The position numbers and the translations under genes were made by a program. Source: Phoronis australis (Eukaryota > Animalia > Phoronida). From it: DNA of 64,000 bases. Where the stretch lies: contig NMRA01000277.1 in assembly GCA_002633005.1 (NCBI GenBank), positions 478,144 to 542,143 of the forward strand, in the 5' to 3' direction. Below, one piece after another: positions 37,601-50,486 of the stretch (position 1 is its first letter; each line of letters begins with the position of its first letter). The notes beneath the pieces are model-generated. The model saw nothing but the letters and a program-made list of their open reading frames with translations. It did not search any database and had not been told where the DNA came from.

Positions 37601-40600
37601 CAGAAGTCACAACTATCCTGACTAAGGATAAATTCAAGACCAATTTCGTAAAGTTAACGGGTCTAAATCAAAAATCGGCTTTGCGCAGGTTCATTGAGGT
37701 GCATGTCACTCGATCTTAGATTTCTATGCTTGCAGATGTTGCGAGAGAGCCATGGAAATCGAGACTAAGTGTGGTCGAAGACAGTGTAATCGCCTGATCT
37801 CCAAGATCTTGTCAATTGCTGGGATATCGTTGAACTGTTTAGGTAGGCATAACATATCTCATTAAACAAGCGGCTATAATGATTGTTTACGTGACTTAAA
37901 GTTCCGGTTACAAATTACTCCCCATCCACCCTGATTACCTACAGACAGTGCATTACCACACCTTTTGTGTTTTCAACGTAATAAACCTAATATGATAGAA
38001 ACAATTACAGGAGGCAGTACTTTCGGATTTACAGGATCAATTAACTCGGATATGTCTTTATGAATGGGGACTTTTTGCTTAGCTAGGGTAAAGCACCTCG
38101 CCTAGCCTAGTCTTGTTGTGCCAAGGTCCGGCACGTTTCACCATTCATTGAAATTTCTCAAAGTCCCTGAAAAATGTTATACGTTCTCGCCCGAAATATC
38201 CTCAGAGCTGTTTAAAATGACTGATTTTCGAACCGTGGTGGGCAAATACACTGTAATGGCATCTGCACTGTACATCGTATTCTGTGCAGTAATTTCTTGT
38301 CAATAATTTGTCTTCCGTAATTGTGTTTGTATTAATCGATGGAAGTGGCGTATCGTTGCCGGCCTAGATCAGAGAATGTGTTGGTATATAATGTACGTGT
38401 ATTCGTTGTTTCCTGTTTTATCAGTCGCCACCACGGCTCGGAAATCGTGGCTTTCAGAGATCTCTATTAATAGCTATCGATCGAGAAAGTGTGAGTTTTC
38501 GGAGACTTGAGAATGGTTTACTTTTAAGTATTTTATCGCCTTAAAAGTCGTTAACCAAACATCTATCAAGGTAATTTGACTGTCAAATTACAAAAGTATG
38601 TCGTATGGGGAGCACACTACAACTTCCGAACGTAAAATAACCGCATAACTTGTAAACCGGCCTGCCGACGGCGTGGTCGTGACCGGAAGGGGGCGTCGTG
38701 CTCCATGAGTCCCATCTAATTCCTCCTACATGTACATGTATATCAACATGGCATTCTATGCGAGTGTTTTCCGTAACTTGTGCTGACAAAAGAATAACGT
38801 TTTGAGCAAAATACGTTGCCAACAAGTAAAATGAAACCGTCAGCGACTCAAAAACGCTTCAGAGTTAATTGAGGATGACAAACTCTTAAAATCGCAAATT
38901 CGAAAATGACGCATGTCGGTGCGCATTGTCGGTGGCTTGAGTGAGTAACGGAAATGGAATTGTTTCAAGATCAGTATAGGATACATTGCGCACTAAGTTT
39001 ATGAAAATGAGATTGTTAAGTTGATTTTTATTTTATCGATCTAAACAGGGCGAAATTTAGTTCTTTAACAACCTGATTGGTGCTGGTAATCACAGCTTTC
39101 ACCTCCAGTACCACAGACGTAGAGTTCGTGTCACGTTGTCCTGAGTTCTCCAGTAGTTAAATGTAAAAACACTTCAAGCAGAATTTCTTGATCTTCAGGT
39201 CAGTTCCATGAGGCAGAACGAAGTCTAAAAGAAGCTCTGGACATGAGAAAACAGATGAATCCTAAGTGTCCGAGTATCTTCAGCGTCTTGAATAATCTGG
39301 GACTCCTTTATTCGAAATGTAGGTGACGATATCTTCGTCTTAAAACGATCTTCCATAGACTATACCAACAACTTTAATGAAATGTGTACCAAAATAACAC
39401 GTGATTTGCTTACAAGAATCTTTCTTTTTCTAAAAGGACGTTTACCAAATATGATACCTTTTGCAATACTTTGACATTTCGACTTTGCTTTCTTCTATGT
39501 TAGAGGTCTCCATTTGCGCAGAATCAATTCTCAGCAACCTGTAACGTTAACATTACTTATCCAGGGGGGCGGTACCAAAAGGGCTTGAACTACACCAAGG
39601 TGTCACTCATGCTTAGGCGGCACTTTCACAAGGAGCCTCACAACAATGTCTCGCAAGCACTGGTGGATCTGGCGTATCAACTGCTGCATTTCGAAGGAGC
39701 TGACGGTGCAGGTATTATTGCTATACAAGTGTGGACCGATCCCGGCCATGACGTCTCGTCATATGGACCGAGGAAGAGAGATGTTTTCCTATTTCAGTAC
39801 ACGACCACTGGCATGTCACGTCCAGCCGATATCTGGTGTCCCACGGCTTAAACGCTCGAAATTACCCCAGAAGTCGTAACCGTCGGGGAAACTCTTTGTC
39901 ACCCGACATCAAACAGCAAAGTTCACTAGACAATTTTTCACTCTGAAATTACCTTCAAAGACACAGGCGTTTCGGTGAATGTCGACATAGTTTCGTTATT
40001 TGGGTCAGTTCTGTTTCATTTGTCCAACGTGGGGAACAGCCAGTAGAAACTCTCGAGTGAGAGCATCCGTTTTTCATTGTACCCTCAAAAAACGACCCTA
40101 ATAAAGTATGAATTGTCCGTAGCCATATTTTTCACTTTCTGAAATAGAAGAAGCTATGACCTACAACGTTTCAAAGTAGGTGTTCTGCCCGTTCAATTCC
40201 TAAGATACACTATTGACACTGGGTGGTAGTTTCTTGGGCTATTTTTACACCCAATTGGCAATACGTTATTTTGAAACGTACAGTCTAATTACTTATCTGT
40301 TTAATTGCTTGATCAAATTAGTTAGAAACACACTGAACATATACGGACGATGTGCACGTGAAGTGTTTAGTCTAAAACGTGACCATTTCTCGTATATTTG
40401 CTTGAAGCATTGATACCCAAGTTTTTGAAGTTGCTGCCTTCCCGGGGTTTGCCTCCCCCCTCCCCCCACCCTCCACCAAAAATCATTGGTCTGGGACGCG
40501 AAATCAATTTCCCGACCTGGGGGAGAGGGCGGAACTGCTGGAAATAGGGTGAAACTTGAAATTTGGCAAACGGAGAGAAAAACTTTTTCAATGTCAAATC

Positions 40601-42026
40601 AGTTTGCCCCGCCCTCCTCCATATAATGTTCACCAACATACGGGTATTTCCCATTTCGCCTCTTTTATTCCCTCTTTCTCTTCCCTTCTGTTTCATCATA
40701 GAACAAAACTGATTTCATATCCATGTTGAACTCAACTGAAGAAATTCTGAATCTGTAACCCCGCAGTCGTGAGCTCATGAAACTTCAAAACATGTTTGTG
40801 TATATTTGAACACCAAGCGTGTTTTTCAAATGTACAATGTACGCGGCAATTTTTGCTGGTAATTTCTAATTGTGCCCGAATACGAACGGTGCTCAGCAAC
40901 TCAGTTACATTCACTTGTGTGAAATTGTACAGTTCGTGAAATGCCTCAGAGGAACCTGTTTGTTCTTTTGAAGATGAAGCGCTCCGTTACCTACAGGAGG
41001 CGCTAAAGATCAGAGAACACCTTTGCTACAATCACCAGAACACGGCGGACGTCCTCTATGAGATGGGAAAGGCTTACGTTTACAAGTCAGTTTTGGTAGT
41101 GTTCCTTTAATATGTACAGCACGATTGAGATTTATGCGGAGTGAGGACGACACAGCGGCATTTCTGCATTTAAGATGTTAAGTTCTTTGCATAAGTAAAA
41201 ATGAAGTACAGTAATAAATGATGGTTTTCCTGTTATTTCTGAAAGTACCAACTTTGAATGTTTCACCATTCTCTGAATATTCAGTCTGGCTGAGTCAATT
41301 CGAACACCACATATGCGAACCACGATCCAATACAGTTCTGTGTGTATTTAAAAATCGAGTTAGTTGTATTATCTAACTGGTACAAATGACACAGATTTAT
41401 CGTTGAGTCCACGGCAAATGTGAAGATCAAGTACTAACTTCATCAACTTTCGAAATTTTCCATCTACTGTCAAGTTTTATCCAGACCTGCGTGCGCCTAG
41501 GCACAGTAGTTACAATGTTGGCCCCTAATGCTCTTCGACTGTATGGTTTCTGTTCGCTATAAAGTTGTGATGCATTTTCAGGAAAGAGTACGGTTCAGCC
41601 TTTGCTCACTTGACGAAAGCACTGACTATTCATGACCGTTGCGCAGGCGCCTTTTCCTTCTTCCGGGAGAAAGTGGATTTAAAAGTCGCCCGCGTCCTAA
41701 TAGAAACAGGTCAACACAGGGCAGCTACACCCATTATTTTTCGCCTGCTTGACGAAAATACAGTAAAAGAAATATCATCACGTGAACCGAAGTGTGAACT
41801 TGTGGCCAAGGCTGCGATGGCTATGTGCCAAATTCAGAGCGTTTTGTCACCAGATGGAGCCACTTACTGGAAGCAGTACTTAAGTGATGAAGTCAATCGC
41901 CTGACGTTGTTGAGTTTGAACGACAACGACGTAGAACATATCAAGCGGATGAAAGAGTTTTATTGGTGCTATATGACTCCAGAATTACAACAGCAAGTGT
42001 GTGACGTTTTCAGTCGCCTTGCGTAG
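28667..42026 (+). CDS. STAND (NB-ARC/AP-ATPase-like) NTPase with C-terminal TPR repeats, NLR-like, about 841 aa
   Basis: Phase-consistent exons: 28667-28852, 31529-32635, 34373-34529, 35633-35777, 37736-37842, 39199-39318, 39565-39711, 40974-41085, 41582-42026; total 2526 nt, no internal stop. Motifs: FVGR..E, Walker A GPPLVGKS, Walker B LLLLDNCD, sensor IVTTSR, EAVELL, GLP (CYGLPKVL), winged helix LVDHNLL. TPR-type helices: GQFHEAERSLKEALDMRKQ, VLNNLGLLYSKWGRYQKGL, EALRYLQEALKIRE..HQNTADVLYEMGKAY, AFAHLTKALTI. A probable non-coding exon ends at 27917. Confidence 0.85.
31108..31295 (+). mobile_element. tRNA-derived SINE (copy 1)
   Basis: A-box-like TGACCTAGTGTG and B box GGTTCGAGTCC, then a body (GAGTCAGGTTTCTAGC..TTAATAAAGC..GGTTCCA.GTGATCAG) shared with copies at 42435 and 45345. 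Confidence 0.7.
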
Positions 42027-42434
42027 GCCTAGTCACTTCAGAGAGGCGTCACGCGGATTTTGGACAGATTGTTGATAATCATTTACGTTCTTGATCTCGA
42101 TGTGTTGAGGCATATGTTTACTAAACCTTGTTTTGACGAGTTCACTCAAAACCTTTTAGCTCACCTGCTATCGAACGTTTCATTGCTCTGTATCAGGTGA
42201 CAGAAAAGTGTACTCAAAAGTACTTTCCCCGGAAAGAGACACCTTATACATGCAAAGGAAAATAGCGATCCGTATGTCTCAAAGTAGATCTGATATTACT
42301 TGCACTTGTCGATTTATCGAACTTTTCTTCTAGGCCTGTTTTCAAACTTTTGCCAAAGGTTACAGAAAATTTCCCTCAAAAATATCACTTCATCTGGTTA
42401 AGCCCGTCACCTCTGGAACACTTCCATGTACAAA

Positions 42435-42633
42435 GCAGCTGTGTGATAGGTGTCTGCTTTCATCGAGGTCGTGGGTTCGAGTCCCACTGGGCCACGCTGC
42501 TAAATCCTGGAGTCAGGTTTCTAGCTACTCAGCTCGGCTTTAACTATATATTAATAAAGCATAAAATTGGTTCCATGTGATCAGAGCAACGGCCCATTTT
42601 CGCGGCCTGCGCACGTCTTGTTCAACGTGTATC
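42435..42633 (+). mobile_element. tRNA-derived SINE (copy 2)
   Basis: GTGGGTTCGAGTCCCACTGG B-box region plus the same body as the copy at 31108. Confidence 0.7.
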
Positions 42634-43049
42634 AGACCGCCTGTAATGATTTTTGTGTATACTTAAGATAATTTATTAATTCATCTATTTCCTAGATTTT
42701 GTCATTCAAGCCACGGTGATATACGCCTTGTTTTGACATAAACCAAAGACAAAAATGCACTGAGACCAATGCCTTTGTCCGAGTGGAACGCACAGTCATT
42801 ACATTGTTTAAGTGACTTGCTTCGTACAGGGATAAAATATGATCTATGTTATTATGCTAACGCTGCCCATAAGGCGACTATCACGCATGCACATCATTTT
42901 TAGAAAGTGTGATATATTTGTAATAATCAATAATTTTGTGAAAGCCAACACCTTTGTCTTTGCACTTTCACTTTTACCAAATTATATTTCTACATTGGCA
43001 GCACTTGACTTACTTTTACGCACGAGCCGGCAAAAGACATCCGATTGAT

Positions 43050-43740
43050 TCACGATGACGATTCCGGTCTGCAGACCAATCAGAACCGGTAGAGTCGGCG
43101 TTTTGCAAAGAATAGTTCTCAAACAGGTTTGCCTATCAGATCACACGTCAATGGACTCGTCACTCTTTCTTCACTCTGTCAAACTCTGCATGCAAAGAAA
43201 GAAAAGTTTTGAATCATTTCACATCACAAGCCCTACAGATGAGCACAGAAAGTTTACCCTCTCTTGTATTTTTGCCCTTTCATTCCTACTGAAACCAAGC
43301 TAGACGAAGGAAAATGGTGACAAAAAAAACACAAAATCGCTATTTTCACCCTAAAACCACCACTTCCAAAAGTAAGTTTCCCACTGATTCCAANTCACGA
43401 TGACGATTCCCGTCTGCAGACCAATCAGAGCCGGTAGAGTCGGCGTTTTGCACAGAATAGTTCTCAAACAGGTTTGCCTATCAGATCACACGTCAATGGA
43501 CTCGTCACTCTTTCTTCACTCTGTCAAACTCTGCATGCAAAGAAAGAAAAGTTTTGAATCATTTCACATCACAAGCCCTACAGATGAGCACAGAAAGTTT
43601 ACCCTCTCTTGTATTTTTGCCCTTTCATTCCTACTGAAACCAAGCTAGACGAAGGAAAATGGTGACAAAAAAAAAACACAAAATCGCTATTTTCACCCTA
43701 AAACCACCACTTCCAAAAGTAAGTTTCCCACTGATTCCAA
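43050..43740. repeat. ~345-bp tandem duplication joined by a single N (43394)
   Basis: 43050-43393 versus 43395-43740 are nearly identical; typical of a scaffold overlap artefact. Confidence 0.85.
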
Positions 43741-43952
43741 AAATGTGGTCCAAAGGTACTGTCAACCAACTGTTTTTTTACAAATTTGGCTTGTTTGGGG
43801 GCTATACCCAGCAATGCTCAATTGCAACAGGAGGCCGCTATTTTGAAGAAGATTGCAGCTAAAGCCGAGCATTTTCAACGTGTTCACAAATACAAACAAA
43901 CCACATTCACGTGGCCTACATGCATTACATGCCTGATTAAAAATTCTCCTAA

Positions 43953-44120
43953 GCCTGTCTCCCGTTCAGTAACGCTAGGACCTCGCTAAAAAGCAAAACT
44001 TCGCGAGATTCCATGAGATATTGCCGTGCATTTTAAATGAGAGCACGTGACTTTGACTAGGTTTTAGCTAGCAGGTCCTAGCGTACATGTAGGTCCTAGC
44101 ATCTACTGAACGCACGCCTG
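43953..44120. mobile_element. Second copy of the element that interrupts the PI-PLC pseudogene
   Basis: CCCGTTCAGTAACGCTAGGACCTCGCTAAAAAGC ... GGTCCTAGC.TCTACTGAACGCACGCCTGG matches 466-601. Confidence 0.75.
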
Positions 44121-45344
44121 GTCTTCTCCTAGGTTTTAATATTTCGGGTGTGCAAAGTGCCCGCGGCCACAGCTTTTAAACAGTTAAAACTGTTCAGTGT
44201 AATTAAAAGAGACTCACATTAATTGTATCACGAAAAGTTTTTTGTACAAACTTGTGCCATTTCCAAGCTTCTTCAATGTCCCACAGCAAAGAGAGAAAAG
44301 TCACGTGGTCAAATACCAAGTTTTCAAAGGACTCACTTCGCTATTACTCATTACACCGTGAACCACGGGAAAACGAACAACAAACACACAAATGGAGGAT
44401 GAGTAGAGTGCTGTGATTGGTTGTCCCAATATTATTTAGTACGTATCAACCAATAAATCATCGTAACTCGAAATCAGCTAATTAACATATCATCCGATAA
44501 TATTTGCGGATATTCTAATTTGACACCTGATCGGTAGGTGGGGTTGTTTCACAATGTTTTTTATATGAAATTCGTGATTGTAACCACTTTATGAACATAG
44601 AAACAATCACTGACTCGTGAAAAATACTTCAGAGTAAACAAAAGTTGACCGAACATGAAATTTCCCATGCAAAATGACGCGTGTTCTCATTTCCTGTGAC
44701 TTGGGTTTCCGGCTCACTCGATAACTTCTAAATGCACGGTATGTGATAAGCTTGGAAATGTTTGAAACCTTAACTTAGAACTATTTAATCTAAATGCATG
44801 GAATCGCAAGTAAAGCAAATCCTGGTTGTTTGGAGGAGCAACTGCTGCATTACAGCATATAAAACGATACCAGTAGAAACACTTGTCACACTCAGTATAC
44901 ATTACATGTACAGTAGATAACTTAGCAGTGTCACCGGTGTCTGGTTCAGCACACTCTTACTGACAAGGGAAATGTTCGATTTTTGTGTTTTCTTTGGCAT
45001 TTGGCTGGACTTAAAATTTGTATTTACTTGATGCTGCGTTATATTTGCTAACTCAAAATGGTTAGTCAGCCAACTTCTGAAGTTGCTTATGAGGAAGTTT
45101 TCTTTAAATTTTTGTGACACACGCGTACTTCACTGCAAAGGTGTTCTTACCAAATGGAATGTTCTTTTAGGTGTGTACGGAATTCCTTTTAATTGTTAAA
45201 ATCTACCATTCTTCCATCTTCATGGCTATACCAAAGAACAAAAATATCAGGACATTTTTGACGATAACGTCATTTTGAAATAGCTGTGTACAAGCAATAT
45301 ATTTAATTAAAAAACGAGAACTTTGTTTAAATCAGGAGCTGCAT

Positions 45345-45475
45345 GATACATGTACACGTTTTACCAGACGTGCGCAGGCAGCGCATGTGGGCCCATTGCA
45401 CTGATCACTTGGAACCATTTTCATGGTTTATTAATATGTAGTTAAACCAAGCTGAGGAGCTTGAAACCTGATTCA
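45345..45475 (-). mobile_element. SINE 3' fragment (copy 3, reverse orientation)
   Basis: Its reverse complement matches the body and tail of the SINEs at 31108 and 42435 (GAATCAGGTTTC..CTCAGCTTGGTTTAACTACATATTAATAAA..GGTTCCAAGTGATCAGTGCAATGGGCCC). Confidence 0.65.
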
Positions 45476-47837
45476 CGGCAATTTTTGGCAGTGGGATTTT
45501 CTGAAAAATGCAACAACAAAGTTTGATGGCAATGCACTGCAGTTTTGTAGAAACTCTGTCATAAGTTACAGATGCGTCACAGAGCGTAAACTTGATGAAT
45601 TCTAGCTTACGATTTCACCTGTTTCGGAGACCGGGATTCAACCCTTTTTGGGCTATAATAAGCGCCCGCTTCCTGAAGTGGATTTTTCTAAGCGCCCTGG
45701 CCGCTTATTAGGGCGAATACGGTAATGTTTCAGAAGGGCAATACTTAGTATCCTTTATGCACGGTACCCTTGTGTTACAATAGGAGTGGGATCGGTTCAT
45801 TATGTACGCTACCAATGGCATAGGACTTTACAAAACTGGTTGAAGAATTTTGTTTTCGTCATAACGTCCGTTTGAAAGTCTTAAGTTTGGAAATGTTAGG
45901 ATTCAAGGCGGAAATTTAAAAACCATTTGTCCACTTACAAAAATTCAACATTGAAGAATAAAAACAACCTTCACACCCCTCTGGTGTTTCTGTTCCATAT
46001 TTTCAAAGAAGTTGGTTGCATTTTCGTAGCCTGCAGTCGAGAGATTTTGTGCGGCATATATTCGACATGAAATGAGTGTGTAACCTGCTGTTGAATTGCG
46101 AGATAGATTTTGACTGCTCCGGGTGGTTATTTCTGAAGTAATAGTGTAATCTTTATTTATGTTAAAGGTTTTACCGGCGTTCTATTTATTTGTACACGAA
46201 TGTGAATTTGTTGAAATCGCTGATCGAAATCCTGGCCAAATGTGCGCTTTCTGCTGAGACCAACCGTCTGATTAGGGCCAGCGAAGAGTAATTTGGTTAA
46301 TTCGCTCACTAGACTATGGCTGAAGTACCTCGTACGGACAGGAGTTCATGAGTCACTACCTTTGGAAGAAATTTAGCCGACAATTTTCGTCAAAAAGTTT
46401 ACCAGATAGTTTTCATCAAAACGGAGAAAAGAAAAATGGATTTGTGAAGACATGATTACGTAGTAGAGTATTCCCTCGATGATGTTGATTCGATGTATTT
46501 ATGTGGCGACTTAAATGCCGTATAAGAGATTATGCACAGGATGTCGATGTAATCCCCAGCAGACAGTCTTTAGATGGTTCTAAAAATAGGCATGGGGATT
46601 CCTTCATTGAATTTTGTATTGACTCTAAGTTTTGTGTTCTCAATGGGCGTATTTGTCCCGAACAAGATAACTATACATTTGTATATGGAAAGGGTTCTTC
46701 TGTTGTTGATTACATCCTTACGCAACATGAAAATTTATGTAATTGTCTGAAATTTAAAATTACTCGTAGCATTGGTAGACAAAGTTGATCTTCTGAGTGA
46801 AATTGCTGGCGTTTGCCATATGCCAGATCATTCTTTACTTGCCCTTGATTTTTCCGTACATTATAATGGCAACCTTTCACAATTAAATGAAGCTTGCACC
46901 GATTCCCCAAAGAGATATAAAGTTCGGTCAATTCCCGTAGACTTCATGAACTGAAGTCTTATATTTTTAATACTGCTATGCGAGAATTAATTAATTCTAT
47001 TTTGGTTTGCAGAGCAACCCAAGAAAACATTGACTGTATGTACAGTAGGTTTTGTAAGAGATGAGATATTTCATGAGATGGACAGAAAATTATTTGTTCT
47101 AACTCAAAGAAGGTGAAAAGTAAATTTAAAACAAGCAAACTCTATTGGTGTGCTGAATTGTCCGAGCTATGGAAAGATGTAAGTTTAAAGGAAAAAAATT
47201 GAAATACAGCGGCTCTCGAGAAGAACGCTCTTTACTGAGACGCCAATTTCAAAATGCCCAGGATCTACATGTATTTGATAAAGTCCACAGGAGGATCGAA
47301 AGAAAATTTTTGAGAGATCAAGCTGACCTCATAGAATCTTCAAATTTCAATAACCCATCAGAATTTTGGAAGTACAAAGAACTTGCGCCCCTCTTTTAGA
47401 AAGACAATACCCATGGAGATATACGATGACACTGGAAACCCTAATACCAATAACCAATATGTTTTTAATAAATGGAAGAACCAGTATGGATGGTTATAGA
47501 ATGGTCCAACTGTAAATAATTTTGACCGGCGATTTTATGCTGCTATGCTTCGTTTAATAATCTTGACTTTGAAGAAAATAGTATTTTGAATAAATATATT
47601 ACTCGCGATGAAGTAAGGCGGGTAGTGATGAAATCAAAATACAATAAAGCAGTAGGAATTGATCATATATGTTATGAAGTCTGTAAAAATGATACCGCTA
47701 TTGACCTTTAGACTTATTTGTTTCAAATGGTTTTTCGTTACGGTATGGTTCCTAGTTTATGGGCTAAATCCGTTATCGTGCCTATTCCAAAGGGGTCAGA
47801 GAAGGACCCGCGCGTCCCACTGAGTTATAGAGATATC

Positions 47838-48416
47838 CATAGGCGGATTTAGGGGGGGCCCAGGGGGCCCGGGCCCCCCCCCCCCCTTGGCTGCCGCAAA
47901 AAAATAAAACAGTAAGAGCGTAGGGAAATAAATGTTGAGTTTATTAATTAACCCCGGTAATTAAAAGTATACGGATGAAAAAAGATTTAAATGTGTGCAG
48001 TTTTAGTGTTGGGGGGGGGGCTCAAATCCAATTTCAAGTGTCGCATTCGTAACGGAACTATGGCTAAGTATAGGCTCTCCCGCGATATCCCAAGCGACCG
48101 GCAGTGGCGCTGCGCACTACGACTCAGTTTCCGTCGTCTGCTCCACTGTGCAATGAAGAAAATTTACTTCATTTTTTAAAGAAAATGGAACCTGAGTGAC
48201 NNNNNNNNNNNNNNNNNNNNNNNNNNNNNNNNNNNNNNNNNNNNNNNNNNNNNNNNNNNNNNNNNNNNNNNNNNNNNNNNNNNNNNNNNNNNNNNNNNNN
48301 NNNNNNNNNNNNNNNNNNNNNNNNNNNNNNNNNNNNNCGTGGTTCAGTTTGCGCAAATGTTTACAGCCGGACAAAAAGTTGGGCCCCCCCCTTGTGATAT
48401 CCTAGATCCGCCACTG
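47838..48416. mobile_element. MITE with 5-bp TSD ATATC nested in the LINE RT (contains gap 48201-48337)
   Basis: CATAGGCGGATTTAGG ... CCTAGATCCGCCACTG, with ATATC at 47833-47837 and 48417-48421. Removing the element and one TSD copy restores the RT motif SYRDISLLS. Confidence 0.85.
48201..48337. other. Assembly gap (N run)
   Basis: Run of N. Confidence 1.
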
Positions 48417-50279
48417 ATATCAGCTTGTTGTCTAACGTATACAAGTTGTATAGTAGTATTGAACAATAGACTGATTGAGTACGCGGAGGAAAACGAGCTC
48501 CTTGTTGATGAGCAAAATGGCTTTAGTCGTGACAGAGCATTTGTTAATAACGTCTTTGTTTTGACCTCGATTATACGTAATCACTTGAGTAACAAACAAT
48601 CCACTTTTGCGACTTTTATTGATATGCAAAAAGCTTTTGACTGGGTAGATAGAAATAGTTTACTTTTTAAAATGTTGGATCTTATGGTAGTTGGAAAGTT
48701 TATGAATCGGTTAAAAATATTTATGCCAAAACTATATCCTGTGTTAAGAATAATATTATCTTTACGGACTGGTTTTATACATCTTGTGGGGTCAAACATG
48801 GAGATGTTTTATCACCTACTCTTTTTGCACTATTTATAAGTGATTTGGCAACGGATTTAGAAATTCCTATCGGTGCTGATAATATTTCATCTTTGTTTTA
48901 TGCTGATGATATAATGGTACTTGACGAGAGCGAAGAAAATATACAGGGTTTATTTAATATAGTTGATAAATGGTGCTCTAAATGGAGGCTAATTGTCAAT
49001 CAGGAAAAATACTCATATTATTCACTTCAGATCCAAGCATGTCTCTCGTAGTTCATATCTATTTCGGTTGGGTCGACAAGACCTAGAATATGTACCCAAA
49101 TATAAAAATTTAGGAATATTATTTAAATGGACATTTGAAGTTTTCTGAAACTGCTAAAACGAATCTGCCGGAAGAGCTTTGGACGCTTTAATTAATTAAT
49201 TTAAAAAGAATAAAAATATGAGGTACAGAACATTCACTACATTATTCAATGCTTGTGTTGTGCGTGTTAGAGATTATTGTGTAGGTGTCTGGGGCGGCTC
49301 TAGTCTACAGGATTGTTATGTAATTCAGAATAGAGCCGCGCGATTTTTCTTGGGCGTTCACAAATTCGCTCCTAATCATGCTGTTATGGGTGACATGTGG
49401 TGGGAATTCCCCAGTGTTAGGTGGAAAATTAAGCTTTTGAGAATGTGGAATGGTATTATAAATTTCGAGGATGATAGACTAACATACCGAATATTTTGGT
49501 GGGACTACACTACTTGTACTAATAATTGGTCGTCTGAAGTCTTGAGCATTTTTGAAGAATTAGGGATTTCGGATTGTTTTCATGACTTACATTCAATTAA
49601 TCTGTCTCACTGTAAGAATATTTTGCATGATTTAGCCTGTAATAGGTGGTTGTTTGAAAGCCGTTCGAAACCAAAGTTAAGAACCTATGTTTTGATGAAG
49701 AATGTCTTTGAAGTTGAGCCTTACCTGCTTTTAGACTTAACTCGGCCTAGTAGGTCAATTCTTGGTCAAATTAGAACCGGAACCCTACAGCTATTGGTTG
49801 AGGTTGGGCGTTTTCGTTCTCTAGAATTTGATGACAGAATTAATTTGCTGTCTTTTTCACACTGGTCAGGTCGAAACTGAACTACATTTTCTGTTTGAGT
49901 GTCCGTTTTTCTTAGATGCAAGAAATACCTTTTACTGTCAAGTTGAGTTTAAATATCCATGATTCCGTGCAAAAAGCTGTGAAAGTAAACTAATTACAAT
50001 CATGCAAAAAGATGTTATTAGAAAAACTTCAGTTTTCATCAAAAATATTTTTGAAGTAAGGAAAAAGTTATATTTATTATTGATCACTTTTGTCTTGTCC
50101 TTCTCTTTCTGGTCCTCTTTTAATGCGTGTACACTTGTCTTTTCTTTTTTGTATCATGTATCTAAAGTGACTTATAAGCCCCGTGGAGGGCTGAGTGTTC
50201 CTAGTCTTTGTAACGAACTCATTGTTTAAATTTCATTTGAACACATGTCACTATAATAAAAAAATTACTAGTAGGCCTA

Positions 50280-50486
50280 TCAGAGCCTCTTAAAACATTC
50301 ATCTTCGAAGTGCCTTGAACAAATGCATAAAGTATTATTGCTGAAACAACTGCCATTCACGTTGACACAAGAAGTATTAAGCTTTTCTTCCCACATCCGA
50401 TTATGGTGTCTTCGGGTGGTAAGGAAGCAAATTCCTTTGCGTTTCGCGTGTGTGGCCGAACAACCGGCCACACAGCAGCCGACCAT
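50280..50486 (-). mobile_element. THAP zinc-finger domain fragment, probably a DNA-transposon relic (Kolobok/P/Harbinger-associated)
   Basis: MVGCCVAGCS...W...CICSRHFEDECF matches the C2CH THAP signature (M..CC..GC, W, ICS.HF). It stops at the LINE 3' end. Confidence 0.7.

Larger units (their letters stand above)
46450..50264 (+). mobile_element. Degenerate 5'-truncated non-LTR retrotransposon (CR1/L2 group, Crack/Daphne-like) ORF2
   Basis: APE motifs (LCGDLN, FCVLNGR, YTFV..KGSSVVDY); RT motifs (KAVGID, PIPKGSEKDPRVPLSYRDISLLS, EQNGF, FIDMQKAFDWVDR, GVKHGDVLSPTLF, LFYADDI); C-terminal KPKLRTY, LLVEVGRF and HFLFECP. Many stops and frameshifts. A-rich end AATAAAAAAA near 50255. Confidence 0.9.
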
